The position numbers and the translations under genes are program-made. The notes under the pieces are model-generated. The model was not told where the DNA came from, searched no databases, and was given only the letters and a program-made list of their open reading frames with translations. From Candidatus Uhrbacteria bacterium GW2011_GWE2_46_68 (lineage in GTDB: Bacteria; Patescibacteriota; Patescibacteriia; UBA9934; GWF2-40-263), in NCBI GenBank assembly GCA_001002765.1, contig LCMS01000007.1:8170-72169 (forward strand): a stretch of 64,000 nucleotides of DNA, in the 5' to 3' direction. Position 1 is the first letter of the stretch. The number at the start of each line of letters is the position of its first letter. Of this stretch, positions 1 through 10,714 are shown in pieces.

Positions 1-82
1 ATTGGAATAAGATCTTGAGTGTAGTGTAGAACGACACACCCATAATAAATTTGTCATTCCGGGTTGAACCAGGAATCTTCTT

Positions 83-967
83 ATGTCCATGATTGACACA
101 CATTGTCACGTTCACTTTCGCGCGTATCGTGAAGATATGGACAAGGTCATTTGTCGCAGTCTAGAAAAGGGGGTCAAAATGATTACAGTGGGAACCCAAC
201 TTGACACAAGTCAAAGAGGTCTGGAAGTTGCAGAGCATTATGATGGCGTGTGGGCAACCGTTGGTATGCACCCCAGTCATCTTTGTGCACAAAATTTTGT
301 GGATGATGAAGAGCTTGATCCTTCTGCACAGCAGATGATCCATACAGGTGGTCATACCTTTGACCCTGCGGATTTTTTACCTTTGGCGCGTCATCCCAAA
401 TGTGTGGCGATTGGAGAGTGTGGTTTGGATTATGTTCACATTCCTGAAAATCTGAATCGAGAAGAAGTGATCGCCAAACAAAAACAAACCGTGCGTCAGC
501 ATTTTGATCTGGCATCTGAAGTCGGGCTTCCTTTGGCCATTCATTCGCGTGAAGCACAAAAAGATCAACTCGCGCTGATCAGAGAATATATCCAAGCGGG
601 AAAGTTGGCTCGACGCGGAGTCATTCACTGCTTTACTGGAACCTTGGAAGAAGCGCAGGAATATCTGGAAACAGGTTTTCTCATTTCTTTTACCGGCATT
701 ATCACATTTTCTCCACGCAAAAAGGATTTGCTTGTAGGCGGACTCTCTCCGCTTCAAGAAGTCGTACGACAATTACCTTTGGAATCCATTATGATCGAAA
801 CCGATGCTCCATATATTTCCCCCGAGCCTTATCGAGGAAAACGCAATGAGCCTTGGCAAGTGGAGTTTGTGGCAAGAAAAATCGCCGAGATCAAAAAAAT
901 TTCTTTTGAAGAAGTTTGCGAGGTGACCACAAAAAACGCGGAAAAACTTTTTGGTATACACGTGTAG
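83..967 (+). CDS. tatD: TatD-family metal-dependent hydrolase/DNase
   Basis: 294-aa ORF; N-terminal IDTHCHVHF metal-binding motif and TIM-barrel hydrolase signature spacing typical of TatD (PF01026). Confidence 0.85.
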   Translation: MSMIDTHCHVHFRAYREDMDKVICRSLEKGVKMITVGTQLDTSQRGLEVAEHYDGVWATVGMHPSHLCAQNFVDDEELDPSAQQMIHTGGHTFDPADFLPLARHPKCVAIGECGLDYVHIPENLNREEVIAKQKQTVRQHFDLASEVGLPLAIHSREAQKDQLALIREYIQAGKLARRGVIHCFTGTLEEAQEYLETGFLISFTGIITFSPRKKDLLVGGLSPLQEVVRQLPLESIMIETDAPYISPEPYRGKRNEPWQVEFVARKIAEIKKISFEEVCEVTTKNAEKLFGIHV

Positions 968-984
968 ATCCCATTTTTGAGAAC

Positions 985-1027
985 GAAAAAACGGCTGGCA
1001 CTGCGTGTGCTAGCCGTTTGTTGTAGC
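985..1027 (-). terminator. Rho-independent terminator (bidirectional hairpin between convergent genes)
   Basis: A-run then imperfect 12-bp stem aacggctggcac/gtgctagccgtt (989-1018). On the minus strand it is followed by TTTTTTCGTTCTC, 20 nt after the stop of the 1038-2432 gene. Confidence 0.6.
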
Positions 1028-1037
1028 TTAGAAGCAG

Positions 1038-2432
1038 CTACTCGTTGGTATCGTCGGGCATCTCTGGCGGAGCCTCGCTGTCGGCGATCTGTTCGGCCGC
1101 AGGCACCTGGTCGGGTGTCTCATCGGGCCGTACCTCTTCCTCGGGAGGCTTGGCTTCCTCCTGCGGGGCATCGGGAGTCTTCTCGCACTTGGTCTTGAAA
1201 ATCCAGGCACGCAGGGCGCGGTGCCAGGGGTTTCGAGCATCGAAGACCACCTCACTACCGAAGATCAGGCTCATGCGAGCCGTCACGATCGGGGCGACCA
1301 GATCGCCCTCCTTGACCTGGCGGTACCAGTCCCGCCGCTCGCGTCCCTGGAGTGCTTCCGCCTGGGTGGGGAAGGCAACTCCGGTCCAGGAAATCGTGGG
1401 ATCCGTGATCCTGTCCCAGCGCAGCCGTACCTCCTCGAGGATCACAGGCTCGGCCTGACGAAGCAGGCTCACAGCCAACTGGTGGCACATGGGAACCGTG
1501 TCCGTCTGCACGGTCAATCCGGAGTCCAAAACGACCTTTTGGAGACGTTCATCACCAGGGTTGCCGATGATCCTCGCGATCATCTGACGCACGGTCCAAG
1601 GGGACTTGCTATAGGGATCAGGATCGATCTGTTCGATCGTCACACCCAGAAGGGCGAAGGGGTCGATGCCGGCCCGATCTTCCACATCCATGTTGATCTC
1701 GAAGCGATCGAGGTTCACATCCTTGGCCGCGCCAAGGACCGTGATATAGGCCCGTCCTTCCATGAACTTGTTGACTGCAAACGCGGTCTCGATCGGCTTG
1801 CCCTTTCCTGAAGTGGGCAAGTTGTCACTCATCTTATCGAGGAACAGCTGCATGCCCATGCACGATCCGATGAAATACCCGGCCTTCTGATCTTCCCCGT
1901 GGGTGGGGGTGAAGGCAAAGACGATCGAACCCATGGTCCGCAGGATATGCGGAATCTCGGGGATCATGGTCTGGCCCTCACGATCGAGGAGTCGATTCAA
2001 TTGATCGAGGAGATCAGGGTTGGCGTATCCGAAGGGGAGGAGCTTCCAGTACTGACCCTTGCGATCCCAGGGCGCCGGACGCATGAGAAGACCTGGCACA
2101 CCGCCTTGGGTCAAGGGATGACCCTTCTTGAACTCAACACCGAAAGGATTGAAGAGGCGTACGCGCACGACATGTGCGCGGCCATCTTCGACGATCCTGG
2201 CATTGGCCTGGAGGACGACATCATCGCCCACCTTGACCGGGGCGAAGTTCACGGCCACGGCCTGGTACTTGTTGGTGCCAGGCTGGCGCAAGGTGCGCTC
2301 CTTGACCTCTTGGGCTCCACCCTTGACGGTTTCACCCGCCAAGGTGAACAGGTCGAGGATGATGCGGGTCCAGGCAATCGGAAGAGAGTCGACCGCAAGC
2401 GCGGTCTTCGGGAGCTCATGGGTTGTGGTCAC
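1038..2432 (-). CDS. hypothetical protein, compositionally foreign (high GC), acidic Pro-rich C-terminal tail
   Basis: 464-aa ORF spanning the whole GC-rich block; GTG start at 2432 preceded by AGGAGG 5-6 nt upstream; balanced protein-like composition; no family recognised by eye. Confidence 0.6.
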   Translation of the reverse strand: MTTTHELPKTALAVDSLPIAWTRIILDLFTLAGETVKGGAQEVKERTLRQPGTNKYQAVAVNFAPVKVGDDVVLQANARIVEDGRAHVVRVRLFNPFGVEFKKGHPLTQGGVPGLLMRPAPWDRKGQYWKLLPFGYANPDLLDQLNRLLDREGQTMIPEIPHILRTMGSIVFAFTPTHGEDQKAGYFIGSCMGMQLFLDKMSDNLPTSGKGKPIETAFAVNKFMEGRAYITVLGAAKDVNLDRFEINMDVEDRAGIDPFALLGVTIEQIDPDPYSKSPWTVRQMIARIIGNPGDERLQKVVLDSGLTVQTDTVPMCHQLAVSLLRQAEPVILEEVRLRWDRITDPTISWTGVAFPTQAEALQGRERRDWYRQVKEGDLVAPIVTARMSLIFGSEVVFDARNPWHRALRAWIFKTKCEKTPDAPQEEAKPPEEEVRPDETPDQVPAAEQIADSEAPPEMPDDTNE

Positions 2433-2590
2433 GAGGACCTCCTTGTTTTGGGGTTAAAGGAACGTTTGCCGCAGTTGGCAGCCAAAGACAGTAGGAAAAA
2501 TAAGGGGTTTAGTCAAGGTACAAGTTACCACCTTTTGACAGAACCCCTTATTTTTGTTAGGTTTTAGTGCTTTCTTTCCGGAGGAAACCC

Positions 2591-3466
2591 ATGAAAGAAG
2601 CCATTGAAGCTCTTTTCACAGACAATGGGAAACCCACGCAAGCCCACGTGGATGCACTCAAGGGAGTGCGCTCACTTAATGATGTGAGCGCAGATGGAAT
2701 TGATCCCGATGCCATGGATCGCTTTTCTTATTTTCTCGACGCCCCTAAGGAAACGGCAGAAAGTCAGGCAGATGAAGATCGTCGCAGCCTTCTTCTTGCC
2801 CTTGCCAGCCATCTGGCTCCTACATCAAAAAACGAAAAACCTGATGAACCAAAAGAGCCGCGGCGTCCAATCGTACCTTCGAAACAAGAAAAAGAAGAAA
2901 AAAAGAAGGGAGTTCGAGACCCCAGAGAAAGTATACTTGGAGCATTTGATACAGTAGAAATCGAAGAACAAACAGGAGAGGATGAGGAGGAAGAAGTGGA
3001 AGAAGAGCGTCCGCAAAGAGGGAATCGTCGGGGACAACAAAACGGCGACCGTCCCAACGGACGCACACGAGATCAAGATGATCAGCAATATCGTCGTGAT
3101 CGTTGGCAACAAAGAAAGGATGAAAAAAAAGATCCTCAACCTCCACGGCCTGCTATTGTACAGGGAAGCCAAGATCATCTTCTCGCTCGTGTTCAAGCGG
3201 ATCCTCAATGGGTTGAGTTGCGGAATTACATTTTCGGAGAAATCTTGATTGTGCGAGGAAAAGATTCCACAAAGGTTGCCGGAGCCCTTTGGCAACTCTC
3301 TGAGCTTACTGATAGGTTGGTACATGGAGAAGTCATGGCAAGCCGATACACACACAATATGCGCGTTTTGGCCGGTGAAATGGTAACGAATCTTCACCTG
3401 CACAAAGATATCGAAAATCCCGCATGGTTTGAGAAACGCTACGGAGCGCTCCCCAAGAGTGTCTAA
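2591..3466 (+). CDS. hypothetical protein with central K/E/R/D/Q-rich low-complexity region
   Basis: ATG at 2591 with GGAGG 6 nt upstream (the longer ORF from 2567 lacks an RBS); ordered C-terminal ~130 aa. Confidence 0.55.
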   Translation: MKEAIEALFTDNGKPTQAHVDALKGVRSLNDVSADGIDPDAMDRFSYFLDAPKETAESQADEDRRSLLLALASHLAPTSKNEKPDEPKEPRRPIVPSKQEKEEKKKGVRDPRESILGAFDTVEIEEQTGEDEEEEVEEERPQRGNRRGQQNGDRPNGRTRDQDDQQYRRDRWQQRKDEKKDPQPPRPAIVQGSQDHLLARVQADPQWVELRNYIFGEILIVRGKDSTKVAGALWQLSELTDRLVHGEVMASRYTHNMRVLAGEMVTNLHLHKDIENPAWFEKRYGALPKSV

Positions 3467-3468
3467 GA

Positions 3469-3500
3469 CCGCCACGCCAGCGGTCTTTTACTTTTTTGAT
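3469..3500 (+). terminator. Rho-independent terminator
   Basis: aagaccgc-cacgcca-gcggtctt hairpin followed by TTACTTTTTTG immediately after the stop at 3466. Confidence 0.6.
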
Positions 3501-3564
3501 AAACAAAGGGGTCAGGTCTTTACCTTTTACCTTATCCAATATTTTGGCTTTAAACTTGCTTATT

Positions 3565-3584
3565 CCGCGCAGCTTGCTGCGCGG
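3565..3584. repeat. GC-rich palindromic hairpin CCGCGCAGC-TT-GCTGCGCGG (copy 1)
   Basis: Perfect palindrome inside the IR-bounded element; a second near-identical copy lies 240 bp downstream. Confidence 0.55.
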
Positions 3585-3804
3585 TTACCGCTTAAGTACG
3601 ATAGGAGGGTATGAGAGCGGTCAGAACAACAGAACACAATGTTTATCAAAGAACTTTGGGGCGGTGAACTCTGGACGGATGGTTTCTTTGTCTCCACGGT
3701 TGGTGAAGGAGGAAACCGAGACGTGATTCGGATATATGTTGAGAAACAAGGAAACAAATCAGATATCACCCAGCTTAAGCTTTTCAATTTTTAACCTCTG
3801 ATAC

Positions 3805-3824
3805 CGTGCAGCTTGCTGCGCGGA
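3805..3824. repeat. GC-rich palindromic hairpin CCGTGCAGC-TT-GCTGCGCGG (copy 2, stem extended by aacctc/gaggtt)
   Basis: Direct repeat of the 3565 hairpin with one substitution. Confidence 0.55.
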
Positions 3825-4037
3825 GGTTCATATAAAACTCATTATTTTTATTTATTGAATTAATAAGGTTTTTGAAACAAAGTTGATTATGCGTTGTTTT
3901 ACTCATCACCTGTGAAAAAGTTTGATCTCTTCGTATATAGTCTCAAAAAACAAGAAATATCCTCCGTTAACACAACAAAAGGGTAAAAGGTAAAGACCTG
4001 ACCCCCTTTGATATCCCCAGTTCACCCCTTTTCACCG

Positions 4038-4066
4038 TTGACCCAAGGAGGGAAAAAACCTATAAT
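4038..4066 (+). promoter_or_regulatory. sigma70-type promoter for the atp operon
   Basis: TTGACC (4038-4043), 17-nt spacer, TATAAT (4061-4066); ~22 nt upstream of the atpI-like start. Confidence 0.65.
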
Positions 4067-4088
4067 AACGGCGCCATTTGGCCTTTCT

Positions 4089-4370
4089 ATGTCTAATGAG
4101 GCTGTCTACTATCGTCTTGCTATGCGCATTTTTGCTGATTTTGGCATTACCATTGCCATTCCTTCGGTAGGTGCTGCTCTCCTTGGATCATGGCTTGATG
4201 ATCGGTATGAGACCGAGCCTCGATATCTCATCATCCTCCTGATTCTCGCTCTTGTTCTCACAGCCTTTTCCATTTATCGCAAAGCCACTTATTACGGACG
4301 CGTTTTCAATTCCTTATCAAATCCTTCGGACAAAACCTCTTCTTATGACGATCCCTCCAGCCGCCGCTGA
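4089..4370 (+). CDS. atpI: AtpI/AtpZ-like small membrane protein preceding atpB
   Basis: 93 aa from ATG 4089; two predicted TM helices; LLGSWLDDRYETEP motif resembles the AtpZ/AtpI family; first gene of the atp operon. The longer ORF from 4008 has no start support. Confidence 0.5.
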   Translation: MSNEAVYYRLAMRIFADFGITIAIPSVGAALLGSWLDDRYETEPRYLIILLILALVLTAFSIYRKATYYGRVFNSLSNPSDKTSSYDDPSSRR

Positions 4371-5145
4371 ACCTCTTTGGCACCTTGGCAGTCTTCCCCT
4401 TACCAATGCCATGATAAACGGTTGGATTGCAGTCGTCTTTTTTGTTTGTGTGGCTTTTGTTCTTCGCCGCGCGTTACAGGAAAAACCAAAAGGTTTGCAA
4501 AATCTTGCCGAGGCTTTGGTGGAATTTTTTCTCGATCAGATCGAAAAGGTTACAGGAGATAAAGAACGTGCTCGCAAATTTCTTCCTCTTATCGGTACGA
4601 TTTTTCTCTTCATCCTCTTTTCCAACTGGCTTGGACTATTGCCGGGCACGGGATCGATCGGGATTTGGGAAATGATTCATGGGGAAAAGGAATTGGTACC
4701 GTTGTTGCGTCCCGCAGCCAGCGATCTGAACCTGACCCTTGCTATCGCCATATTCGCTGTGTTTGCTTCTCATGTTTTCGGCATCCTTTCTATCGGACCT
4801 TTTCATCATGTCAGCAAATTCGTCAATATTGCCGGTATTATCAAAGCGCTTAAAAAAGGACCCATGGCCATTATTGTCGCTTGCATTGAGTTTGGTGTGG
4901 GATTTATTGAGATCATCAGCGAAATCGCCAAGGTACTTTCCCTTTCTCTCCGGTTATTTGGAAATATTTTCGCAGGAGAGGTGCTCATGACCGTGATGCT
5001 TGGTCTTTTTTCTCTTTTTCTCCCCATCCCTTTTATCTTTCTTGAAATTTTGGTTGGAGCCATTCAAGCGACCGTATTTGCCATGTTAACCTTGGCCTAT
5101 CTCACCGTTGCCACGACTCCACACACACAAGAAGAACATGCATAA
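4345..5145 (+). CDS. atpB: F0F1 ATP synthase subunit a
   Basis: Multi-TM protein with LRLFGNIFAGE (conserved Arg of subunit a); start taken at ATG 4345 (MTIPPAA), overlapping the atpI-like stop. Confidence 0.9.
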   Translation: MTIPPAAAEPLWHLGSLPLTNAMINGWIAVVFFVCVAFVLRRALQEKPKGLQNLAEALVEFFLDQIEKVTGDKERARKFLPLIGTIFLFILFSNWLGLLPGTGSIGIWEMIHGEKELVPLLRPAASDLNLTLAIAIFAVFASHVFGILSIGPFHHVSKFVNIAGIIKALKKGPMAIIVACIEFGVGFIEIISEIAKVLSLSLRLFGNIFAGEVLMTVMLGLFSLFLPIPFIFLEILVGAIQATVFAMLTLAYLTVATTPHTQEEHA

Positions 5146-5204
5146 TTGTCTTTTGTCGCTTGTTTTTAAACAGACGAGAAAAGATAATCTTTAATCCTTA
5201 CCCT

Positions 5205-5423
5205 ATGGACGCAGAAACTATTGCGATCTTGATCAAAGGAGTGACCATCGCCTTTGGCGGTCTTGGACCGGCCATTGGTATCGGGATGATTGGAGCCAAA
5301 GCTATGGAAGGCATCGGCCGCAACCCCGAAGCTGCAGGTAAATTGTTCGTGCCTATGCTTTTGGGCATGGCCTTTGCTGAGGCTATTGCGATTTATTCCT
5401 TGGTCGTTTCTTTCACATTGTAA
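5205..5423 (+). CDS. atpE: F0F1 ATP synthase subunit c
   Basis: 72-aa two-helix proteolipid: GIGMIGAKAMEGIGRNPEA loop and ion-binding Glu in AFAEAIAIY; start at MDAETIA. Confidence 0.9.
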   Translation: MDAETIAILIKGVTIAFGGLGPAIGIGMIGAKAMEGIGRNPEAAGKLFVPMLLGMAFAEAIAIYSLVVSFTL

Positions 5424-5486
5424 TGTCAAACGACTCCAGGTTGCCTCAAAGGAGGCAGCCCTCGGCTGTTTGTTATTACATTTTCT

Positions 5487-6032
5487 ATGTCACAAGAAGT
5501 CGCTCTCATTCACGAAGCCGCGGAGGCTGTGGAAACCACCGGAGGTTTGGGAACCCTTGGAATCAATGTCAAAATTTTTCTGGCGCAACTCGTCAATTTT
5601 ACGATTGTGCTTTTGGTGCTTTGGCGTTGGGCTTATCGTCCCATTGTAAAACTTCTGGAAGATCGTCAGAAAAAGGTGGAAAAAAGCCTTCAAGATGCTG
5701 CAGACATTGAAAAACGCGTTGTGAGTTTAGAGGAGGAACGTAAAAGTATTTTGAGTCAGGCAAAACACGAAGCACATGTGGTTTTAGAAAAAGTGCAAAC
5801 TGATGCCGAGGTTCGTCGCGTTGAACTTCTTGCGAAGGCAAAAGAAGAAGTGTCTCAAGTGGTGCATCAGGGGAAAGTACAATTGCAAGCAGAAAAAGAA
5901 GCCATGTTGCGCGAGACGCGTCAAGAAATTGTAAATCTTGCCATTGAATCTGCACGTAAAATATTGGAAGAATCCATTTCCGAGAAAAAATCTCAAGCTC
6001 TCGCGGAAGAGGTGATAGAAAAAATGTCTTGA
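5487..6032 (+). CDS. atpF: F0F1 ATP synthase subunit b
   Basis: N-terminal TM helix then long charged coiled-coil; position between atpE and atpH. Confidence 0.85.
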   Translation: MSQEVALIHEAAEAVETTGGLGTLGINVKIFLAQLVNFTIVLLVLWRWAYRPIVKLLEDRQKKVEKSLQDAADIEKRVVSLEEERKSILSQAKHEAHVVLEKVQTDAEVRRVELLAKAKEEVSQVVHQGKVQLQAEKEAMLRETRQEIVNLAIESARKILEESISEKKSQALAEEVIEKMS

Positions 6033-6033
6033 T

Positions 6034-6420
6034 ATGGCCGCCACTCCAAAACAACTTGCAACCGTTTATCTTAAAGCCACGGAATCCTGCGAAGAAAAAG
6101 AACTGGAAGAAATCTCAAAACAGTTCGTGGTTTACCTGAAAGAGCATTATCTTCTTCCAAAAACACATGCCATTCTCGCGGCCATCGATCAAGCGTGGAA
6201 AGAGCAATACGGCGTCTCCCAAGTAAAAATAACGACCGCTTATCCGCTCACAAAAAAAGCTCTGCAAACTTTGGAAAAATATGCTCATGGCGCCAGTGTG
6301 GAAACGTGTGTGGATCCCGCTTTGATCGGAGGCGCGCGCTTGCAAATAGATGACCGCATTTTAGACGGATCCGTTCAAGGGCAATTATCTTCTCTCAAAC
6401 AAATTCTTTTGGAAATATAA
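6034..6420 (+). CDS. atpH: F0F1 ATP synthase subunit delta (short, 128 aa)
   Basis: Operon position between b and alpha; C-terminal [18 protein letters not shown] matches the OSCP/delta C-terminus; about 50 aa shorter than typical. Confidence 0.75.
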   Translation: MAATPKQLATVYLKATESCEEKELEEISKQFVVYLKEHYLLPKTHAILAAIDQAWKEQYGVSQVKITTAYPLTKKALQTLEKYAHGASVETCVDPALIGGARLQIDDRILDGSVQGQLSSLKQILLEI

Positions 6421-6424
6421 ATGT

Positions 6425-7939
6425 ATGGCAAAGAAAACTGAAATCATTGATGCGCTTAAAACGCAACTCGCACGCTTTTCAGCCGAAGCGAAAGAAGAAC
6501 AAATCGGCACAGTACTAAGTGTTGGAGACGGTATTGCACGCATGTCCGGGCTCTCTCAAGTACAATCCATGGAAATGTTGGAGTTTCCCGGTCAGGTCTA
6601 TGGTGTGGCATTCAATTTGGAAGAAGATAGCGTAGGAGCCATCTTGTTTGGAGATACCAAGGAGATCAAAGAAGGCGACACCGTAAAATCCACAGGACGT
6701 ATTTTATCCATTCCCGTATGCAATGGTGTTCTTGGTCGTGTGGTAGATCCACTGGGGCATCCGCTTGATGGAAAAGGGAAAATTCAGGCAAAGGAATACC
6801 AGCCGATTGAAAAAATCGCTCCTGGCGTCATGACACGCAAGTCTGTGCATGTGCCACTTCAAACGGGCATTAAGGCGATCGATTCCATGATTCCTATCGG
6901 TCGTGGGCAACGCGAACTTATTATTGGCGATCGTCAAACAGGAAAAACCGCCATTGCCATTGATACGATCGTTAATCAAAAAGGACAAAACGTAAAATGT
7001 ATTTACGTGGCAATCGGGCAAAAAGAATCCAAAATCGCCAAAATGGTGGCGCGACTTGAAGCAGCCGGCGCAATGGAATACACCACAGTCGTCGTCGCAG
7101 GGGCGTCTGATCCTGCCTCTATGTCTTACATTGCTCCTTACGCCGGTTGTACGATTGGAGAATTTTTTCGCGACAAAGGTGAGGATGCTTTGGTCATCTA
7201 CGATGACCTTTCCAAACATGCTTGGGCGTATCGCGAAATTTCCCTTTTATTGCGCCGTCCACCCGGTCGCGAGGCTTATCCGGGAGATGTATTTTATCTC
7301 CATTCCCGTTTGCTTGAACGGGCGACCTGCATGAATGAAGAAAATGGAGGGGGAACATTAACCGCACTTCCCATTATCGAAACCCAATCGGGCGATGTAT
7401 CCGCGTACATTCCCACAAACGTCATCTCCATTACAGACGGACAAATTTATTTGGAAAGCGATTTGTTTTATCGCGGGATCCGTCCTGCCTTAAACGTGGG
7501 TCTTTCGGTTTCGCGCGTGGGTTCTTCAGCGCAAACCAAGGCCATGAAAAAAGTGGCGGGAAAGCTGCGTCTCGATTTGGCACAATTCCGTGAGCTCGAA
7601 GCGTTTGCCCAGTTTGCAACCGATCTTGATGAAAATACTCGCAAACAAATCGAACGAGGACGACTCACTACCGAACTTCTCAAACAACCTCAATATCAAA
7701 CTTTACCGTTTGAGGAACAGGTGGCCACCATCTACGCCGTCATCAACGGTTTGCTTGATACGTTCAAGCCGGAACAAATGCATGCGTGGGAAAAAGGACT
7801 CTATGTATTTTTGCGATCAAGCAGCACCAATGTCCTTGGTATGATTCGTGAAAAAAAACAACTGGATGAGGAGGTGGAAAAAACACTCAAGCAAGCAATC
7901 AACGACTATAACGAAGAATTTATCCGATCACAGTCATAA
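6425..7939 (+). CDS. atpA: F0F1 ATP synthase subunit alpha
   Basis: 504 aa; Walker A GDRQTGKT; alpha-subunit signature throughout. Confidence 0.97.
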   Translation: MAKKTEIIDALKTQLARFSAEAKEEQIGTVLSVGDGIARMSGLSQVQSMEMLEFPGQVYGVAFNLEEDSVGAILFGDTKEIKEGDTVKSTGRILSIPVCNGVLGRVVDPLGHPLDGKGKIQAKEYQPIEKIAPGVMTRKSVHVPLQTGIKAIDSMIPIGRGQRELIIGDRQTGKTAIAIDTIVNQKGQNVKCIYVAIGQKESKIAKMVARLEAAGAMEYTTVVVAGASDPASMSYIAPYAGCTIGEFFRDKGEDALVIYDDLSKHAWAYREISLLLRRPPGREAYPGDVFYLHSRLLERATCMNEENGGGTLTALPIIETQSGDVSAYIPTNVISITDGQIYLESDLFYRGIRPALNVGLSVSRVGSSAQTKAMKKVAGKLRLDLAQFRELEAFAQFATDLDENTRKQIERGRLTTELLKQPQYQTLPFEEQVATIYAVINGLLDTFKPEQMHAWEKGLYVFLRSSSTNVLGMIREKKQLDEEVEKTLKQAINDYNEEFIRSQS

Positions 7940-7945
7940 TCTTGT

Positions 7946-8854
7946 ATGGCAGTTCAAACACGAGCCATCAAACGTCGCATCAAATCCGTAACCAGTACAC
8001 GTAAGATCACCAAGGCCATGGAATTGGTAGCGGCAAGCAAAATGCGCAAAGCCGTAAGCGCGGTTTTGGGGACACGACCTTATGCAACTCTGGCTTGGGA
8101 TACGGTCAAATCCGTGAGCAAAGTAACGCAGATCGATCTTCACCCCTTGCTTTATACCCACGGATCATCCAACAAAATTTTGTTAGTCCTCCTTTCTTCT
8201 GATCGTGGATTGGCTGGAGGGTTTAATGTGAATATGGTCCGCAAAACGTTCGAACGTTTGCGCGCATGGGAAGGAAAAGAAGTGGAAGTTATTTGTATTG
8301 GGCGGCGCGGTGCACACGCCATGAAAAAGGCGGGAAAAAATATTATTGCCAGTTTTACGGATATTACTACTGCTCCCACGTACAAAGATACATTACCTAT
8401 CGGACGTTTGATCGTGAACGAATTTGTCAAAGGAAGCTATGAGCAAGTTTTTGTTGCTTATACGGATTTTGTCAGCGCCATTGCTCAACAGCCAACTATT
8501 TTTCAGCTATTGCCTCTTGGTGCCTTAGAGGAATCAAAAGAATTGGGAAAAGTTTCACAAACAACTCCTGTCGAAGTGATCCGAGGGTCAAGAGAATATA
8601 CGTTTGAACCAAGCCCTGCTGATGTTCTCAATTTTCTTTTGCCAAAACTCATTGAAACCATGCTTTATCAAGCTGTTTTGGAATCCGCCGCCTCTGAACA
8701 TTCCGCGCGCATGATGGCCATGCGCAATGCCTCGGAGGCAGCGTCTGATATGATTCATGATCTTACTTTCACTTATAACCAGGCACGCCAAGCCGGGATC
8801 ACGCAAGAAATTGCGGAAATCAGCTCAGGCAAAGCCGCTTTGGAACAAACATAA
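7946..8854 (+). CDS. atpG: F0F1 ATP synthase subunit gamma
   Basis: 302 aa; gamma N- and C-terminal helices; operon position. Confidence 0.93.
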   Translation: MAVQTRAIKRRIKSVTSTRKITKAMELVAASKMRKAVSAVLGTRPYATLAWDTVKSVSKVTQIDLHPLLYTHGSSNKILLVLLSSDRGLAGGFNVNMVRKTFERLRAWEGKEVEVICIGRRGAHAMKKAGKNIIASFTDITTAPTYKDTLPIGRLIVNEFVKGSYEQVFVAYTDFVSAIAQQPTIFQLLPLGALEESKELGKVSQTTPVEVIRGSREYTFEPSPADVLNFLLPKLIETMLYQAVLESAASEHSARMMAMRNASEAASDMIHDLTFTYNQARQAGITQEIAEISSGKAALEQT

Positions 8855-10246
<1,392 letters not shown>

Positions 10247-10249
10247 ACT

Positions 10250-10705
10250 ATGGACATGCTTTCTTTGAAAATCGTTACTCCGGAAAAAATCGTGTTTGAA
10301 GATTCTGTCGCCTCCATTACGGTGATGACTCAAAACGGTGAGATCACGATTTTGCCGCATCATATTCCACTTGTCACACGAATGCGTGCGGGAGAATTGT
10401 GTTGTAAAAAAAATGGGGAGGAAATTTATCTGGCCGCTTCCACAGGTTTTTTAGAAGTGCGTCCGGGAAATCAAGTGATCATTTTGGCAGATACGGCCGA
10501 ACGCGTGGAAGAATTGGAATTACAAAAAATCGAATCGGCAAAAATAGCCGCGCAAAAATTACTCGAAGAGACACAGGGAGCCGATGATGTGGCATTTGCA
10601 AATGCACTGGCAGGTATGGAACGTGAAAGTGCTCGCTATAAAGTGGCCATCAAACGCCGGCATCCTAAAACTCCTCCTGCGCCACTTAATCCTAAAACAT
10701 CTTAA
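10250..10705 (+). CDS. atpC: F0F1 ATP synthase subunit epsilon
   Basis: 151 aa; beta-sandwich N-domain plus C-terminal helices; operon position. Confidence 0.9.
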   Translation: MDMLSLKIVTPEKIVFEDSVASITVMTQNGEITILPHHIPLVTRMRAGELCCKKNGEEIYLAASTGFLEVRPGNQVIILADTAERVEELELQKIESAKIAAQKLLEETQGADDVAFANALAGMERESARYKVAIKRRHPKTPPAPLNPKTS

Positions 10706-10714
10706 ATTTTTTCT

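Larger units (their letters stand above)
3504..4010. repeat. noncoding element bounded by perfect 24-bp terminal inverted repeats (MITE-like or long structured RNA)
   Basis: ggggtcaggtctttaccttttacc (3508-3531) is the exact reverse complement of ggtaaaaggtaaagacctgacccc (3982-4005). Interior ~450 bp is AT-rich, has no ORF with an RBS, and contains two copies of a GC hairpin. Confidence 0.6.

Noticed and set aside
1221-2567. Long plus-strand ORFs (1221-1811, 1899-2567, 1045-1458) inside the high-GC block
   Set aside because: High GC suppresses stop codons in all frames. They lie antisense to a longer ORF with an SD and terminator. Treated as shadow ORFs.
3508-3531. Resemblance of the IR terminus (ggtcaggtc) to the SRP RNA domain IV (ccaggucagguccggaagg)
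   Set aside because: It lacks the GGAA tetraloop, the AGCAGCC partner and a plausible ~100-nt fold. Treated as a coincidental match.
3429-3787. Short ORFs inside the IR-bounded element (3429-3614, 3496-3726, 3560-3787)
   Set aside because: No RBS, odd composition, and they overlap the hairpin repeats. The region is treated as noncoding.
4008-4088. N-terminal 27-aa extension of the atpI-like ORF
   Set aside because: It would overlap the atp promoter -10 and the transcription start. The ATG at 4089 lies downstream of the promoter.
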